Shown piece by piece: positions 1 to 8,538 of a DNA stretch of 38,062 bases (positions are counted from its first letter, which is position 1; each line of letters opens with the position of its first letter). The stretch is taken from contig CANFSD010000001.1 in assembly GCA_947449515.1 (NCBI GenBank), forward strand, positions 1-38,062, in the 5' to 3' direction. The notes under the pieces are model-generated. The model had not been told where the DNA came from, searched no databases, and was given only the letters and a program-made list of their open reading frames with translations. The position numbers were made by a program, and so were the translations under genes. The stretch comes from Bacteroidota bacterium (GTDB taxonomy: Bacteria > Bacteroidota > Bacteroidia > UKL13-3).

Positions 1-162
1 AGTCCTTCATCTCTCGAAAATGCAGAAAGCCTAGAGCAATTGCGTTGGTTGGAGCATGGTTTTAAAATTAAATTGGTTCGAACCAATTTTGACAGCCATT
101 GCATAGATACCCCAGAAGATGTGGCAAAAGTTACCCAATTAATGGGTGGAAAAATTAACTAG
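1..162 (+). CDS. kdsB: 3-deoxy-manno-octulosonate cytidylyltransferase (CMP-KDO synthetase), C-terminal fragment; the 5' end lies outside the window
   Basis: Frame 1 is open from base 1 to TAG at 160-162; it is absent from the ORF track because it has no start. The translation ...SLEQLRWLEHGFKIKLVRTNFDSHCIDTPEDVAKVTQLMGGKIN resembles the conserved KdsB C-terminus (LEQLR..LE.G ... DTPEDL). Only 53 codons are visible. Confidence 0.6.
   Translation, partial: SPSSLENAESLEQLRWLEHGFKIKLVRTNFDSHCIDTPEDVAKVTQLMGGKIN
75..84. repeat. GGTTCGAACC iterated palindrome, copy 1 (extends to a 20-bp perfect palindrome AAATTGGTTCGAACCAATTT at 70-89)
   Basis: Read directly. It lies inside the kdsB fragment with codon phase G|GTT|CGA|ACC (L-V-R-T). 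Confidence 0.9.
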
Positions 163-1364
163 TTTCCTTTTTCTAAATCTGAATAAAGCAGGTAAGGTCG
201 GCGCATATTGCGGTACTTCACCAAGCCAGCTTGCCAACTTTTTCTTATTTCCTCTTCCGTTTTTCCAGCAATAATTTGCTTGCGGAGCATATCGGTTCCA
301 GCTAATTTATCAAAAAACGAATTAAAGTAAGCCGCTTTATTGTCGTCGTTTTTATATAATTCAATGAGCCAATACAGGTTCAATTTGTTTTCAAATGGGG
401 CTAGGTTCTTTGCGTAATCTGTTAACAAAAATCCTGTACATTGTTTTCCCTCAAATGGTGGATGCTCTGCAATTCCCGGTAAATTAACAGGTGTAAAGGT
501 GTCTGATCCAATTTTGCAAAATGGTTTGCCTACTCTTTCAAAGGGCTTTTTGGTACCTCTTCCCACGCTGTAGGGTGTACCTTCAAAAAAGCATAAACTT
601 GGATACAAATAAATGCTTCCCATGGTAGGTAAATTTGGGGATGGTGGAATAGGTAAATCATAACGACTTTGATGGGTGTAATTTTTTAATTTTACGAGCA
701 TCAAGTTGCATTTGAGTTGGTTTTTCAACCAGCCTTCACCATTTATCATTTGGGCGTATTCAGCCATGGTGCAACCATGCACAACGGGCACCGGGTGCAT
801 ACCTACAAACGACCTAAAAGCGGTATCCAAAATGGGCCCATCTATATAGGCGCCATTAGGGTTGGGTCGATCCAAAATTAACAAAGGTTTTTTCTGCTCT
901 GCGCAAGCCTCCATCACATAATGTAAAGTGGAGATATAGGTATAAAACCTAGCACCCACATCCTGGATATCAAAAATTACGATATCGAGTTTTTTTAGTT
1001 GTGCCTCATTCGGTTTTTTATAGGCACCGTATAAGGAGTAAACTGGGAGTTTTGTTTTGGCATCAATGCCAGAGGCCACCTTTTCTCCAGCGCTATGATC
1101 TCCCCTAAAGCCATGTTCAGGTGCGAAAATGCATACTACTTTTATTTTCTTTTTAAGTAAAAAATCTACCAAATGCATTTGGCCAACTGTTGCGGTTTGG
1201 TTCACTACTAATCCTACTTTTTTGTCTTTGAGCAAACTGAGGTATTTTTCTGGTTGATCTGCACCCGGAATTTGGGCAAACAAATTGTTTCCAAGTAGGA
1301 AAAAGCACAAAAGCCAGATACAGTGATTATATTTGAGCTGAATTATGAAGTTTAGTTTTTTCAT
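159..1364 (-). CDS. DUF1343 family protein (NamZ-like exo-beta-N-acetylmuramidase), secreted
   Basis: 401-aa ORF with an ATG start and an N-terminal signal-like segment (CIWLLCFFLLGNNLFAQ). Motifs VGLVVNQTA, FAPEHGFRG and FDIQDVGARFYTYISTL are typical of DUF1343. Confidence 0.7.
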   Translation of the reverse strand: MKKLNFIIQLKYNHCIWLLCFFLLGNNLFAQIPGADQPEKYLSLLKDKKVGLVVNQTATVGQMHLVDFLLKKKIKVVCIFAPEHGFRGDHSAGEKVASGIDAKTKLPVYSLYGAYKKPNEAQLKKLDIVIFDIQDVGARFYTYISTLHYVMEACAEQKKPLLILDRPNPNGAYIDGPILDTAFRSFVGMHPVPVVHGCTMAEYAQMINGEGWLKNQLKCNLMLVKLKNYTHQSRYDLPIPPSPNLPTMGSIYLYPSLCFFEGTPYSVGRGTKKPFERVGKPFCKIGSDTFTPVNLPGIAEHPPFEGKQCTGFLLTDYAKNLAPFENKLNLYWLIELYKNDDNKAAYFNSFFDKLAGTDMLRKQIIAGKTEEEIRKSWQAGLVKYRNMRRPYLLYSDLEKGN

Positions 1365-2589
1365 TGCAAAAAGGTTAATGGCCCATAAGGCGCTTCAAAG
1401 TAATAAAAAGGGAAGCGGATTTTCAAAGTTGATTATCAACCTTGCATTGGCGGCTGTATGCGTTAGTGTAATGGTAATGATTTTGGCCACTGCCATTGTG
1501 AAGGGGTACCAAAATGAAGTGAAGGACAAACTCATTGGTTTCAATGCGCCTTTGCAAATTACCCACCTCGATTTAAATAACAGTTTTGAAAGCTTGCCAA
1601 TTGTGCGCGATACTATTATGGAAGGCTTGGCGCGCAAGAAAGAGGGCGTAGTTTTTATTCAAGCTTATGCCACCAAGGCGGGTATTATAAAAACCGAAAA
1701 TGCCTTTGAAGGAATAGTATTAAAAGGAATTGGAACAGATTTTAATTCCAATTTTTTACAAAAGAATTTATTAGAAGGCAAAATGCCAGCCTTAGCAGAT
1801 TCAATTTCCTCGCAAGAAATAGTATTATCTGCTATTACAGCAAAGCGTCTCGAATTAAAATTAGGCGACCCTGTTTATATCTATTTTATTCAAGACCCTC
1901 CAAGGGTTAGAAAGCTAAAAATTGCAGGTATTTTTGATACAGGCATGGGCGAATTGGATGAATTGTATGCCTTTGTAGATATCCGTCAGGTACAAAAACT
2001 AAATAATTGGGATCAAGCATCTATAAGTGGATATGAAATTGGTCTCAAAAATTTGGATCGAACCGAAACCGAAATTATGCGGGAAGAGATAGCTCAAATT
2101 ACGCCCTATAATATGGGATTAAGTAGTATTTATGAAATGTATCCTGCCTTGTTTGATTGGTTAAATTTGTTGGATATGAACGTGCTCATCATTATGATTT
2201 TAATGATTGCCGTTGCTGCTATAAATATGATAACAGCCTTATTGATTTTAATTTTAGAGCGCACCCAAATGATTGGTTTGTTTAAAGCAATGGGGGCGGA
2301 AGACAAACAAATTAGTTCGGTTTTTCTGTGGATGGCCATAAAAATTGTTTTACAAGGATTATTGCTTGGGAACCTGCTTGGCCTAGGTTTGGCCTATTTG
2401 CAAAAACAATTCTCTTGGATAAAATTAGATCAAAAGTCGTATTACCTCAATAGGGTGCCAATTGAAATAAATGTATTGGATGTTTTATATATAAATGTTT
2501 TTGCTTTTTTAATTTGCATGATTTTACTGCTTATTCCTGTAAAAATGGTAAGCAAAGTAAACCCTATAAAAAGTATCCAGTTTAACTAA
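1345..2589 (+). CDS. ABC transporter permease, LolC/LolE (FtsX-like) family
   Basis: 414-aa ORF. The N-terminus MKFSFFIAKRL is followed by a TM helix, a large periplasmic domain (MacB-PCD-like), then a C-terminal FtsX-type 3-TM bundle ending in ...NPIKSIQFN. Confidence 0.8.
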   Translation: MKFSFFIAKRLMAHKALQSNKKGSGFSKLIINLALAAVCVSVMVMILATAIVKGYQNEVKDKLIGFNAPLQITHLDLNNSFESLPIVRDTIMEGLARKKEGVVFIQAYATKAGIIKTENAFEGIVLKGIGTDFNSNFLQKNLLEGKMPALADSISSQEIVLSAITAKRLELKLGDPVYIYFIQDPPRVRKLKIAGIFDTGMGELDELYAFVDIRQVQKLNNWDQASISGYEIGLKNLDRTETEIMREEIAQITPYNMGLSSIYEMYPALFDWLNLLDMNVLIIMILMIAVAAINMITALLILILERTQMIGLFKAMGAEDKQISSVFLWMAIKIVLQGLLLGNLLGLGLAYLQKQFSWIKLDQKSYYLNRVPIEINVLDVLYINVFAFLICMILLLIPVKMVSKVNPIKSIQFN

Positions 2590-2591
2590 GT

Positions 2592-3386
2592 ATGGGCCTT
2601 AAATCAATTTTTCCGCAAGGTGTTAAATATCCACTTTGGTGGCTGTTCAAAGCGCCTCAGAGAAGCTATGGCTTTTATACGGTTATCACAGATTTATATG
2701 CATTGGTTCGAACCGTAAGCCCTCTTAAAACTGAGCCAGTAGCCATTAGTATTTGTGTAGGACTATATAATAGGAGTGAAACCTTTTTACAATATTTCCT
2801 GCCAAGTATTGCTCAATGTGAAAATGCACATTTAATAGAATTGTCGGTTTTTGATTGTGGCAGTTTGGATGCCGCGCAATTGGAAAAAGAGATTCGTTTG
2901 CAATTTGCGGGTAAAGTTATTTTTAAGAGTCAGGTGCATCCCTTTTCACGCGCGTTTGCCTTTAATAAAGCAGTTCGTCAGAGTTCAAATGAAATGGTTT
3001 TTCTTTGTGATGCCGATTTTTCTATTCCCCGAAATATAGTTGCCCTTTGCACCAAATACACTAGAAACAGTACTTTTTGGTTTCCAATTGTGTTTTATTT
3101 GTATAAAAACAAACCTGCTGCCTATGCTTCAAAAAATGGCGAATGGATGTTATGGGGAGGCAAGGGATTGGTGGCTTGCCGCAAAAATGCTTTTGAACGG
3201 GTAGGAGGGCTCAACGAAGCTTTTACCCAATGGGGTGGAGAGGATGAAGAGTTTTGGCTACGTTGTTACCAACACCAAGAAATAGTGCTGAGAACCAAAT
3301 GCAAAGGATTATTGCACCATTGGCATCCAAGCCTGAATCCAAAATATAAAAAGTTGGAAGAGTTGTCGGACATGGGCTTATTATAG
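2592..3386 (+). CDS. Glycosyltransferase with a beta-1,4-galactosyltransferase-like C-terminal motif (GT2/GT7-like fold)
   Basis: 264-aa ORF with an ATG 2 nt after the lolE-like stop. It carries a DxD-like CDADF and WGGEDEEFWLR, which resembles the WGGEDDD signature of the Glyco_transf_7C / beta4GalT family. Confidence 0.6.
   Translation: MGLKSIFPQGVKYPLWWLFKAPQRSYGFYTVITDLYALVRTVSPLKTEPVAISICVGLYNRSETFLQYFLPSIAQCENAHLIELSVFDCGSLDAAQLEKEIRLQFAGKVIFKSQVHPFSRAFAFNKAVRQSSNEMVFLCDADFSIPRNIVALCTKYTRNSTFWFPIVFYLYKNKPAAYASKNGEWMLWGGKGLVACRKNAFERVGGLNEAFTQWGGEDEEFWLRCYQHQEIVLRTKCKGLLHHWHPSLNPKYKKLEELSDMGLL
2705..2714. repeat. GGTTCGAACC iterated palindrome, copy 2
   Basis: Read directly. It lies inside the 2592-3386 glycosyltransferase with phase G|GTT|CGA|ACC (L-V-R-T). 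Confidence 0.9.
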
Positions 3387-3402
3387 TATATTTGTCATCC
3401 CA

Positions 3403-4158
3403 ATGAATCCGCCTTTAGTATCTATTATTACCCCATCCTTCAATCAAGCAAAATGGCTAGAGGCTACCATACAATCTGTATTGGCCCAAACTTACACCAA
3501 TTTTGAATACATAATAATTGATGGAGGTTCCACAGATGGTTCAAAAGAAATAATTGAAAAATACGCCACTAAATTAACCTATTGGCAAAGTGAAAAAGAT
3601 GGCGGTCAGGCCGATGCCATAAATATTGGTTTCAGAAGGGCAAAGGGTGTTTTAGTAGCATACCTCAATGCCGATGATTTGCTTGAACCCAATGCTGTTG
3701 AAGGGATAATCAATGCCTACGAGGTTAACCAAGAGTTTGCTATTTATTTTGGCAAATGTAAAACCATTGATACCGATGGGAACCTCTTATTGGAAGGACA
3801 AGGCAATCCTGTAAAATTTGTTGATTTGGTTCGAGACGGCATGTTGCCTAACATTTACCAACCCGCTTGTTTCTTTAATACGGCTTATTTACGCCGCGAG
3901 CGCTTGTTAGAAACCAAGTATAAATTTGCTTTTGATTTTGAATTGATTTTGTCATTAACATCCACCAAAAGCACCTTGTTTTTAAACAGGGATATTGCCA
4001 GTTACAGGGTGCACAACGAAAGTAAAAGTCACTTATATAAAGTGGAGGCTTTCAAGGAAAAGCTTAGCATACAAGAGCAATACAGTAAACGTGATATTTT
4101 ACTATTCAAATGGCGCAGGATTAAATTGGCCATTGCGCAGAAAACAGGAAAAATATAA
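3403..4158 (+). CDS. Family 2 glycosyltransferase
   Basis: 251-aa ORF. The N-terminus VSIITPSFNQAKWLEATIQSVLAQTY...IIIDGGSTDGS and the NADD motif are classic GT2 (GT-A) signatures. Confidence 0.8.
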   Translation: MNPPLVSIITPSFNQAKWLEATIQSVLAQTYTNFEYIIIDGGSTDGSKEIIEKYATKLTYWQSEKDGGQADAINIGFRRAKGVLVAYLNADDLLEPNAVEGIINAYEVNQEFAIYFGKCKTIDTDGNLLLEGQGNPVKFVDLVRDGMLPNIYQPACFFNTAYLRRERLLETKYKFAFDFELILSLTSTKSTLFLNRDIASYRVHNESKSHLYKVEAFKEKLSIQEQYSKRDILLFKWRRIKLAIAQKTGKI

Positions 4159-4164
4159 ATTTTA

Positions 4165-5142
4165 TTAGTTATTGAGGATATCAATTAACTTCAATAAATC
4201 TGGGTTTAAGTCTTTCTTCTTGGTTATAGAATCAATAAAAGGAGTGAGTTTTATTTTGTTATCAACCAATCCAACCATTTTATTTTTCTCACCAGCCAAT
4301 AACGCATTAACGGCACCATAACCCAATTTGGATGCCAATACACGGTCGTAGGCACTAGGCGAACCTCCTCTTTGAATATGGCCCAATATTACCACACGTG
4401 ATTCGAACCCAGGAATTTCTTTGTTGAGCATTCCTGAAATTGCGATAGAACCACCTTCAAAATTACCTTCTGCCACTACTACCAGTGAAAATGATTTTTT
4501 GCTTTGCTGGCGGTTTTTGAAAAATTCAATGAGTTTAAGGTGATCCCCTTTTACTTCGGGTAATAAAACCATTTCGGCACCACCTGCTATGGTTGCTGCA
4601 AGGGCAATAAAGCCGGCATCACGACCCATAACTTCCACAAAAAATACGCGGCCATGGCTATCTGCAGTATCTCTAATTTTATCGATGGCCTCCACGGCAG
4701 TATTAATAGCGGTATCGAACCCAATGGTTAAATCTGTTCCAAATAAATCGTTGTCGATGGTGCCTGGTGCGCCAATGGAAGGAATACCATACTCATTGTA
4801 GAAAATTTCTGCACCGGTGAAAGTACCATTACCACCAATACAAACAATGCCTTCAATACCCTGTTCAATCAAATTGTCATAGGCTTTTTTTCTACCTTCT
4901 GGTGTCATAAAAGCTTTGCTTCTTGATGATTTAAGTATGGTGCCACCTCTTTGAATAATATTACCAACCGAGCGAGAACTTAGCGGCATAAAGTTTTCTC
5001 CACCTTCAATCATTCCCTTGTATCCTTGCATTATTCCAACTACCTCCACATCATAAGACATGGCAGTTCTAACTACAGCACGCACACAGGCATTCATACC
5101 CGGGGCATCACCTCCAGAGGTAAACACAGCAATTTTCTTCAT
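4165..5142 (-). CDS. pfkA: ATP-dependent 6-phosphofructokinase
   Basis: 325-aa ORF with MKKIAVFTSGGDAPGMNA, IGGNGTFTGA, PGTIDNDL and MGRDAGFIAL, all canonical PfkA motifs. Confidence 0.95.
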   Translation of the reverse strand: MKKIAVFTSGGDAPGMNACVRAVVRTAMSYDVEVVGIMQGYKGMIEGGENFMPLSSRSVGNIIQRGGTILKSSRSKAFMTPEGRKKAYDNLIEQGIEGIVCIGGNGTFTGAEIFYNEYGIPSIGAPGTIDNDLFGTDLTIGFDTAINTAVEAIDKIRDTADSHGRVFFVEVMGRDAGFIALAATIAGGAEMVLLPEVKGDHLKLIEFFKNRQQSKKSFSLVVVAEGNFEGGSIAISGMLNKEIPGFESRVVILGHIQRGGSPSAYDRVLASKLGYGAVNALLAGEKNKMVGLVDNKIKLTPFIDSITKKKDLNPDLLKLIDILNN

Positions 5143-5150
5143 GGTGTAAA

Positions 5151-5186
5151 AATAAAAAAAGGCCGCTTCATTTGGAAGCGGCCTTT
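5151..5186 (-). terminator. Rho-independent terminator downstream of the 5208-6143 lipoprotein gene
   Basis: A 12-bp stem (5158-5169 pairs with 5175-5186, GC-rich core GGCCGCTTC/GAAGCGGCC) has a 5-nt loop. On the minus strand it is followed by TTTTTTTATTTTT. Confidence 0.7.
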
Positions 5187-5207
5187 CTTAATGTGAAAAA
5201 CTATTTA

Positions 5208-6143
5208 TTATAATTCTGTTTTAGCAACCAACAAGATTTGGCCAGAAGCACTTGCAGATGGGTTACCTACAAGGATAAATCCTCTTTTACCATCAGCTTT
5301 TTTGAAAGCAAATACTTGGTTAACAGTTAAGTTAGCTAATTTGTTAGTAGTGCCACTGGTAAAATCAACAATGCTAATTTCTGTTAAGAAAGTACTACCA
5401 GTTAAGGCATCAAAAGCAGATGAAGTAATGTCTGGAGCCAATTTGAAGATGGTAGTATTTTTTGTAGGCCAAGTTGTAGTTTCAGCATTCCAACCAATAC
5501 CAGCACCAAAATTGTAATCAGGAGAATAAACGGCATTTTGCACGCTACCTGCTGAATTGTAATAATAGATGAAATCAATTTTAGCTGAATTGTCTTTAGC
5601 TAAATCTGCACCAGTTGTACCTGCACGGTATCTTCTGAAACCATCAGCTACACCAAAGAAATGGTATTCGTTAACGGTGCTGCTTGGACCACCTAATAAA
5701 ATTTGGCCAGAAGTAACCATACTAGCAATAGTAACTACACAAGTAGTGTTGGTGCTTTTACCATTATCGTCTTCTACAGTAACTGAATAAGTAATTTCAT
5801 CGCCTTCGTTTACAACTAGGTCTCCTTTGATAATATCTTGGTGAGTATAAATTACATCTTTAGCAGAATAAGTTGCAGTTTTAATGGTGTTAGTACTTTG
5901 ACCAGTGATAGCACGGGTAATAGTTAATTTAGTAATTTTTCTGTTTACATCAGCAGAAGCAATAACTTTAATTGCAATTGAATCTACATTTAAAGATGCG
6001 CTACTTTTTTTAACGCCATCGTTAACAGTTAAGGTAGGAGCAACAGATTCTACAGTGGTAGTTGCTTTGTCGCCGCAAGATGAGAATAATGCCGAGCTAG
6101 CAATAGCCGCCATTACGAAAAGTGATTTGAATGATTTTTTCAT
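5208..6143 (-). CDS. Hypothetical lipoprotein
   Basis: 311-aa ORF with a lipobox-like signal peptide (MKKSFKSLFVMAAIASSALFSSC). The composition is Thr/Ser/Asn-rich and beta-strand-like. No family is recognised. It has its own strong terminator. Confidence 0.6.
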   Translation of the reverse strand: MKKSFKSLFVMAAIASSALFSSCGDKATTTVESVAPTLTVNDGVKKSSASLNVDSIAIKVIASADVNRKITKLTITRAITGQSTNTIKTATYSAKDVIYTHQDIIKGDLVVNEGDEITYSVTVEDDNGKSTNTTCVVTIASMVTSGQILLGGPSSTVNEYHFFGVADGFRRYRAGTTGADLAKDNSAKIDFIYYYNSAGSVQNAVYSPDYNFGAGIGWNAETTTWPTKNTTIFKLAPDITSSAFDALTGSTFLTEISIVDFTSGTTNKLANLTVNQVFAFKKADGKRGFILVGNPSASASGQILLVAKTEL

Positions 6144-6210
6144 ATGTTTTTTTATCTAGTTTGTTTTAGGAGTGATGGAAACAAATATAAGGCTAAAATT
6201 TAATTAATAA

Positions 6211-6534
6211 TTAATTTGATTGTGCTTCGCGGGCTTCAGCAGCTTCAAAAGAATCATGTCTAAATTCATCGAAATTGTAATCTGGCATCAAATCTGTTTT
6301 GATGTGGTTTACTGTTTCGTTGAGGGCTTCGGTAAATTTATTGAAATCTTCTTTGTAAAGAAAGATTTTATGTTTTACAAAATTTCCGTCCTCAAAGCTT
6401 TTTTTACTTTCTGTAATGGTAATAAAATAATCTTTTCCTCTAGTTGATTTAACATCAAAGAAATAAGTTCTTTTGCCAGCGCGGATTTTTTTAGAAAAGA
6501 TTTCCTGACTGTCGTTTTTGTTGAATTCGTCCAT
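6211..6534 (-). CDS. PUR-like nucleic-acid-binding protein (DUF3276 family)
   Basis: 107-aa ORF. KIRAGKRTYFFDVKSTRGKDYFITITESKK...HKIFLYKEDFNKF matches the Bacteroidota DUF3276 / PUR-repeat pattern as I remember it. Confidence 0.7.
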   Translation of the reverse strand: MDEFNKNDSQEIFSKKIRAGKRTYFFDVKSTRGKDYFITITESKKSFEDGNFVKHKIFLYKEDFNKFTEALNETVNHIKTDLMPDYNFDEFRHDSFEAAEAREAQSN

Positions 6535-6627
6535 GCAATTTGTTAACTATAAACATCGGCAAAATATACGTTCAGAGTTTGTTTTCAAAACATTTTTTCA
6601 ACATGCGCAAAATAAATTCCTAATGGG

Positions 6628-8451
6628 CTATTTTAATTTAATTTCTTCTTGGATTTGCTTGTTGTAAATATCACTATATGAGCCGTTTAATTGCATAAGC
6701 GCTTGATGCGTGCCAAACTCTAAAATTTTGCCAGCTTCCAACACCAAAATTTGGTCGGCATCTTTAACCGAAGAAACGCGGTGGCTAACAATAATGAGGG
6801 TTTTATCACGCTTTATTTTTGAAAGGTTATTCAATATTTCAGATTCCGTTTTGGTATCTAAAGCGCTTAAACAATCATCCAATAATAAAACCTCGGGGTC
6901 TTTAATGAAGGCTCGTGCAATAGCAACCCTTTGTTTTTGACCGCCAGATAAACTGATACCGCGTTCCCCAACTTTGGTTTCAAATTTCTGAGGGAATTCC
7001 ATGATATTTTCATACAAGGCAGCCATTTTTGCTGCGTCTTCGGCCTTTTGTTTCTTATTTGGCGAATTTTCTTTTAAACCAAAAGAGATATTATTGGAAA
7101 GGGTATCACTGAATAAAAATACATCTTGTGGGACGTACCCAATTTGTTCCTTCCAACTCACCAGGGAACAATTTTTCAGGTTCTGCTCATCAATAAAAAT
7201 ATCACCTTCATTTGGGTCGAACAAGCGCAATAGCAATTGTATCAGGGTAGTTTTTCCAGATCCAGTGCTACCTAAAATAGCAAAGGTGCTTCCTTTGGGA
7301 ATTTCAAAGTTTAATTGATCCAAGGCAGGAATGGTCTTGCCTGGGTAGGTATAACTAACATTCTTAAATTGAATGCTATTTTGAAAGGTGGTCCTACCTG
7401 TAGTTGGAATATCCATCAATGGTTTGGTACTTAAAAACTCGTTAATTCTTGCTTGGGAGGCTGCGGCCCTCTGAATTAAACTGCTGGTATAACCCAAACT
7501 GGTTACTGGCCATACCAATAGATTTACATAAATTACAAATTCGGCAATATTGCCCAGAGTTGCATTGCCATTAATAACCTCAAGGCCCCCAATATAGATG
7601 GTTATCAAAGAGCTGAGTCCAGTTAAGAAGAGCATTAGTGGGAAGAAATAGGCTTCTACTTTTGCCAAGCGCATTTGTTTTTCTCTGTAAATATTGGTTT
7701 CCTTTTCAAAGCTTTGTTGGTTGGCTTTTTCTGCCGCAAAGGCTTTAATTACCCGAATACCAGAAAAAGCCTCCTGCACAAAGGATGTAAGGGAAGATAA
7801 TTGCTTTTGAATGGCATCACTGCGTTTATTTATTTGATTATTAACCCTATATATGGTAAACGACAATATTGGCAAAGGCAATATTACCAATAATGCCAAA
7901 TGGGCGTTAACACTAAACATTACAGTTAACACCAAAACAATAGTTAACACCAAATTAATGGCATACATAATGGCAGGTCCAACATACATTCTTACCCTGC
8001 TCACATCCTCGCTAATTCGAGCCATTAGGTCTCCAATTCTATTGTTTCTATAAAATCCTTGGTCTAAATCCTGGTAATGCTTAAAGATTTCATTTTTTAA
8101 ATCGTATTCAATGTGCCTACTCATTACTATTAAGGTTTGGCGCATGAGGTACATAAAAATGCCTCGAACCAAGGCAAAGGCTATCAGTAAAAGAAAAAAC
8201 TTTAGAACCTCTGCACCAAGGGTTTCTGTGAGCATTTCTCTGTTAATTCCTTTGCTTTGAGGGTATTGCGATAAAATATCCTTGATCAAATCAATAGCTT
8301 TCCTAACCATTTGGGCCGGAAAAATGGCAAATAGGTTCGAAGCGGCCACAAAAAGGAAGCCGAGCAATAGCCTTAATTTGTATTTAAGGAAGTATTTTCT
8401 GAGGTATCGAAGTGCTTTCAACCCTACAAAATAAAGGAAAAATAAGGACAA
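6628..8451 (-). CDS. ABC transporter, fused permease/ATP-binding protein (MsbA-like exporter)
   Basis: 607-aa ORF with a six-TM domain, then Walker A GSTGSGKTT, signature LSGGQKQR and Walker B LLLDD. The longest ORF begins with TTG at 8451 and there is no ATG near the N-terminus, so the exact start is uncertain. Confidence 0.9.
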   Translation of the reverse strand: MSLFFLYFVGLKALRYLRKYFLKYKLRLLLGFLFVAASNLFAIFPAQMVRKAIDLIKDILSQYPQSKGINREMLTETLGAEVLKFFLLLIAFALVRGIFMYLMRQTLIVMSRHIEYDLKNEIFKHYQDLDQGFYRNNRIGDLMARISEDVSRVRMYVGPAIMYAINLVLTIVLVLTVMFSVNAHLALLVILPLPILSFTIYRVNNQINKRSDAIQKQLSSLTSFVQEAFSGIRVIKAFAAEKANQQSFEKETNIYREKQMRLAKVEAYFFPLMLFLTGLSSLITIYIGGLEVINGNATLGNIAEFVIYVNLLVWPVTSLGYTSSLIQRAAASQARINEFLSTKPLMDIPTTGRTTFQNSIQFKNVSYTYPGKTIPALDQLNFEIPKGSTFAILGSTGSGKTTLIQLLLRLFDPNEGDIFIDEQNLKNCSLVSWKEQIGYVPQDVFLFSDTLSNNISFGLKENSPNKKQKAEDAAKMAALYENIMEFPQKFETKVGERGISLSGGQKQRVAIARAFIKDPEVLLLDDCLSALDTKTESEILNNLSKIKRDKTLIIVSHRVSSVKDADQILVLEAGKILEFGTHQALMQLNGSYSDIYNKQIQEEIKLK

Positions 8452-8475
8452 AAAGGGGCTTGGGTAAATTTGGAC

Positions 8476-8504
8476 TTGAAAAACGAAAAATAAGTATACT
8501 TTTG
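8476..8504 (+). promoter_or_regulatory. Putative Bacteroidota-type promoter for the dehydrogenase gene
   Basis: TACTTTTG at 8497-8504 fits the -7 consensus TAnnTTTG. A TTG lies 18 nt upstream (8476-8478), and the ATG is at 8539. Confidence 0.35.
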
Positions 8505-8538
8505 CGCCACTAAAAACTCAAAATTTAATCCATTAAGT

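Noticed and set aside
75-84. GGTTCGAACC resembles the tRNA T-arm (GGTTCGAATCC), so the copies might be tRNA genes or tRNA-derived fragments.
   Set aside because: The motif lacks the 7-nt T-loop spacing. I could not draw an acceptor, D or anticodon arm around any copy, and four of the five copies are inside well-supported protein-coding frames.
2055-2076. A short tandem-like stretch reads GATCGAACCGAAACCGAAATT (CGAAAC/CGAAAT repeats).
   Set aside because: It has only two imperfect units inside a coding region, which is consistent with chance. It is noted only as a one-mismatch copy of the iterated palindrome.
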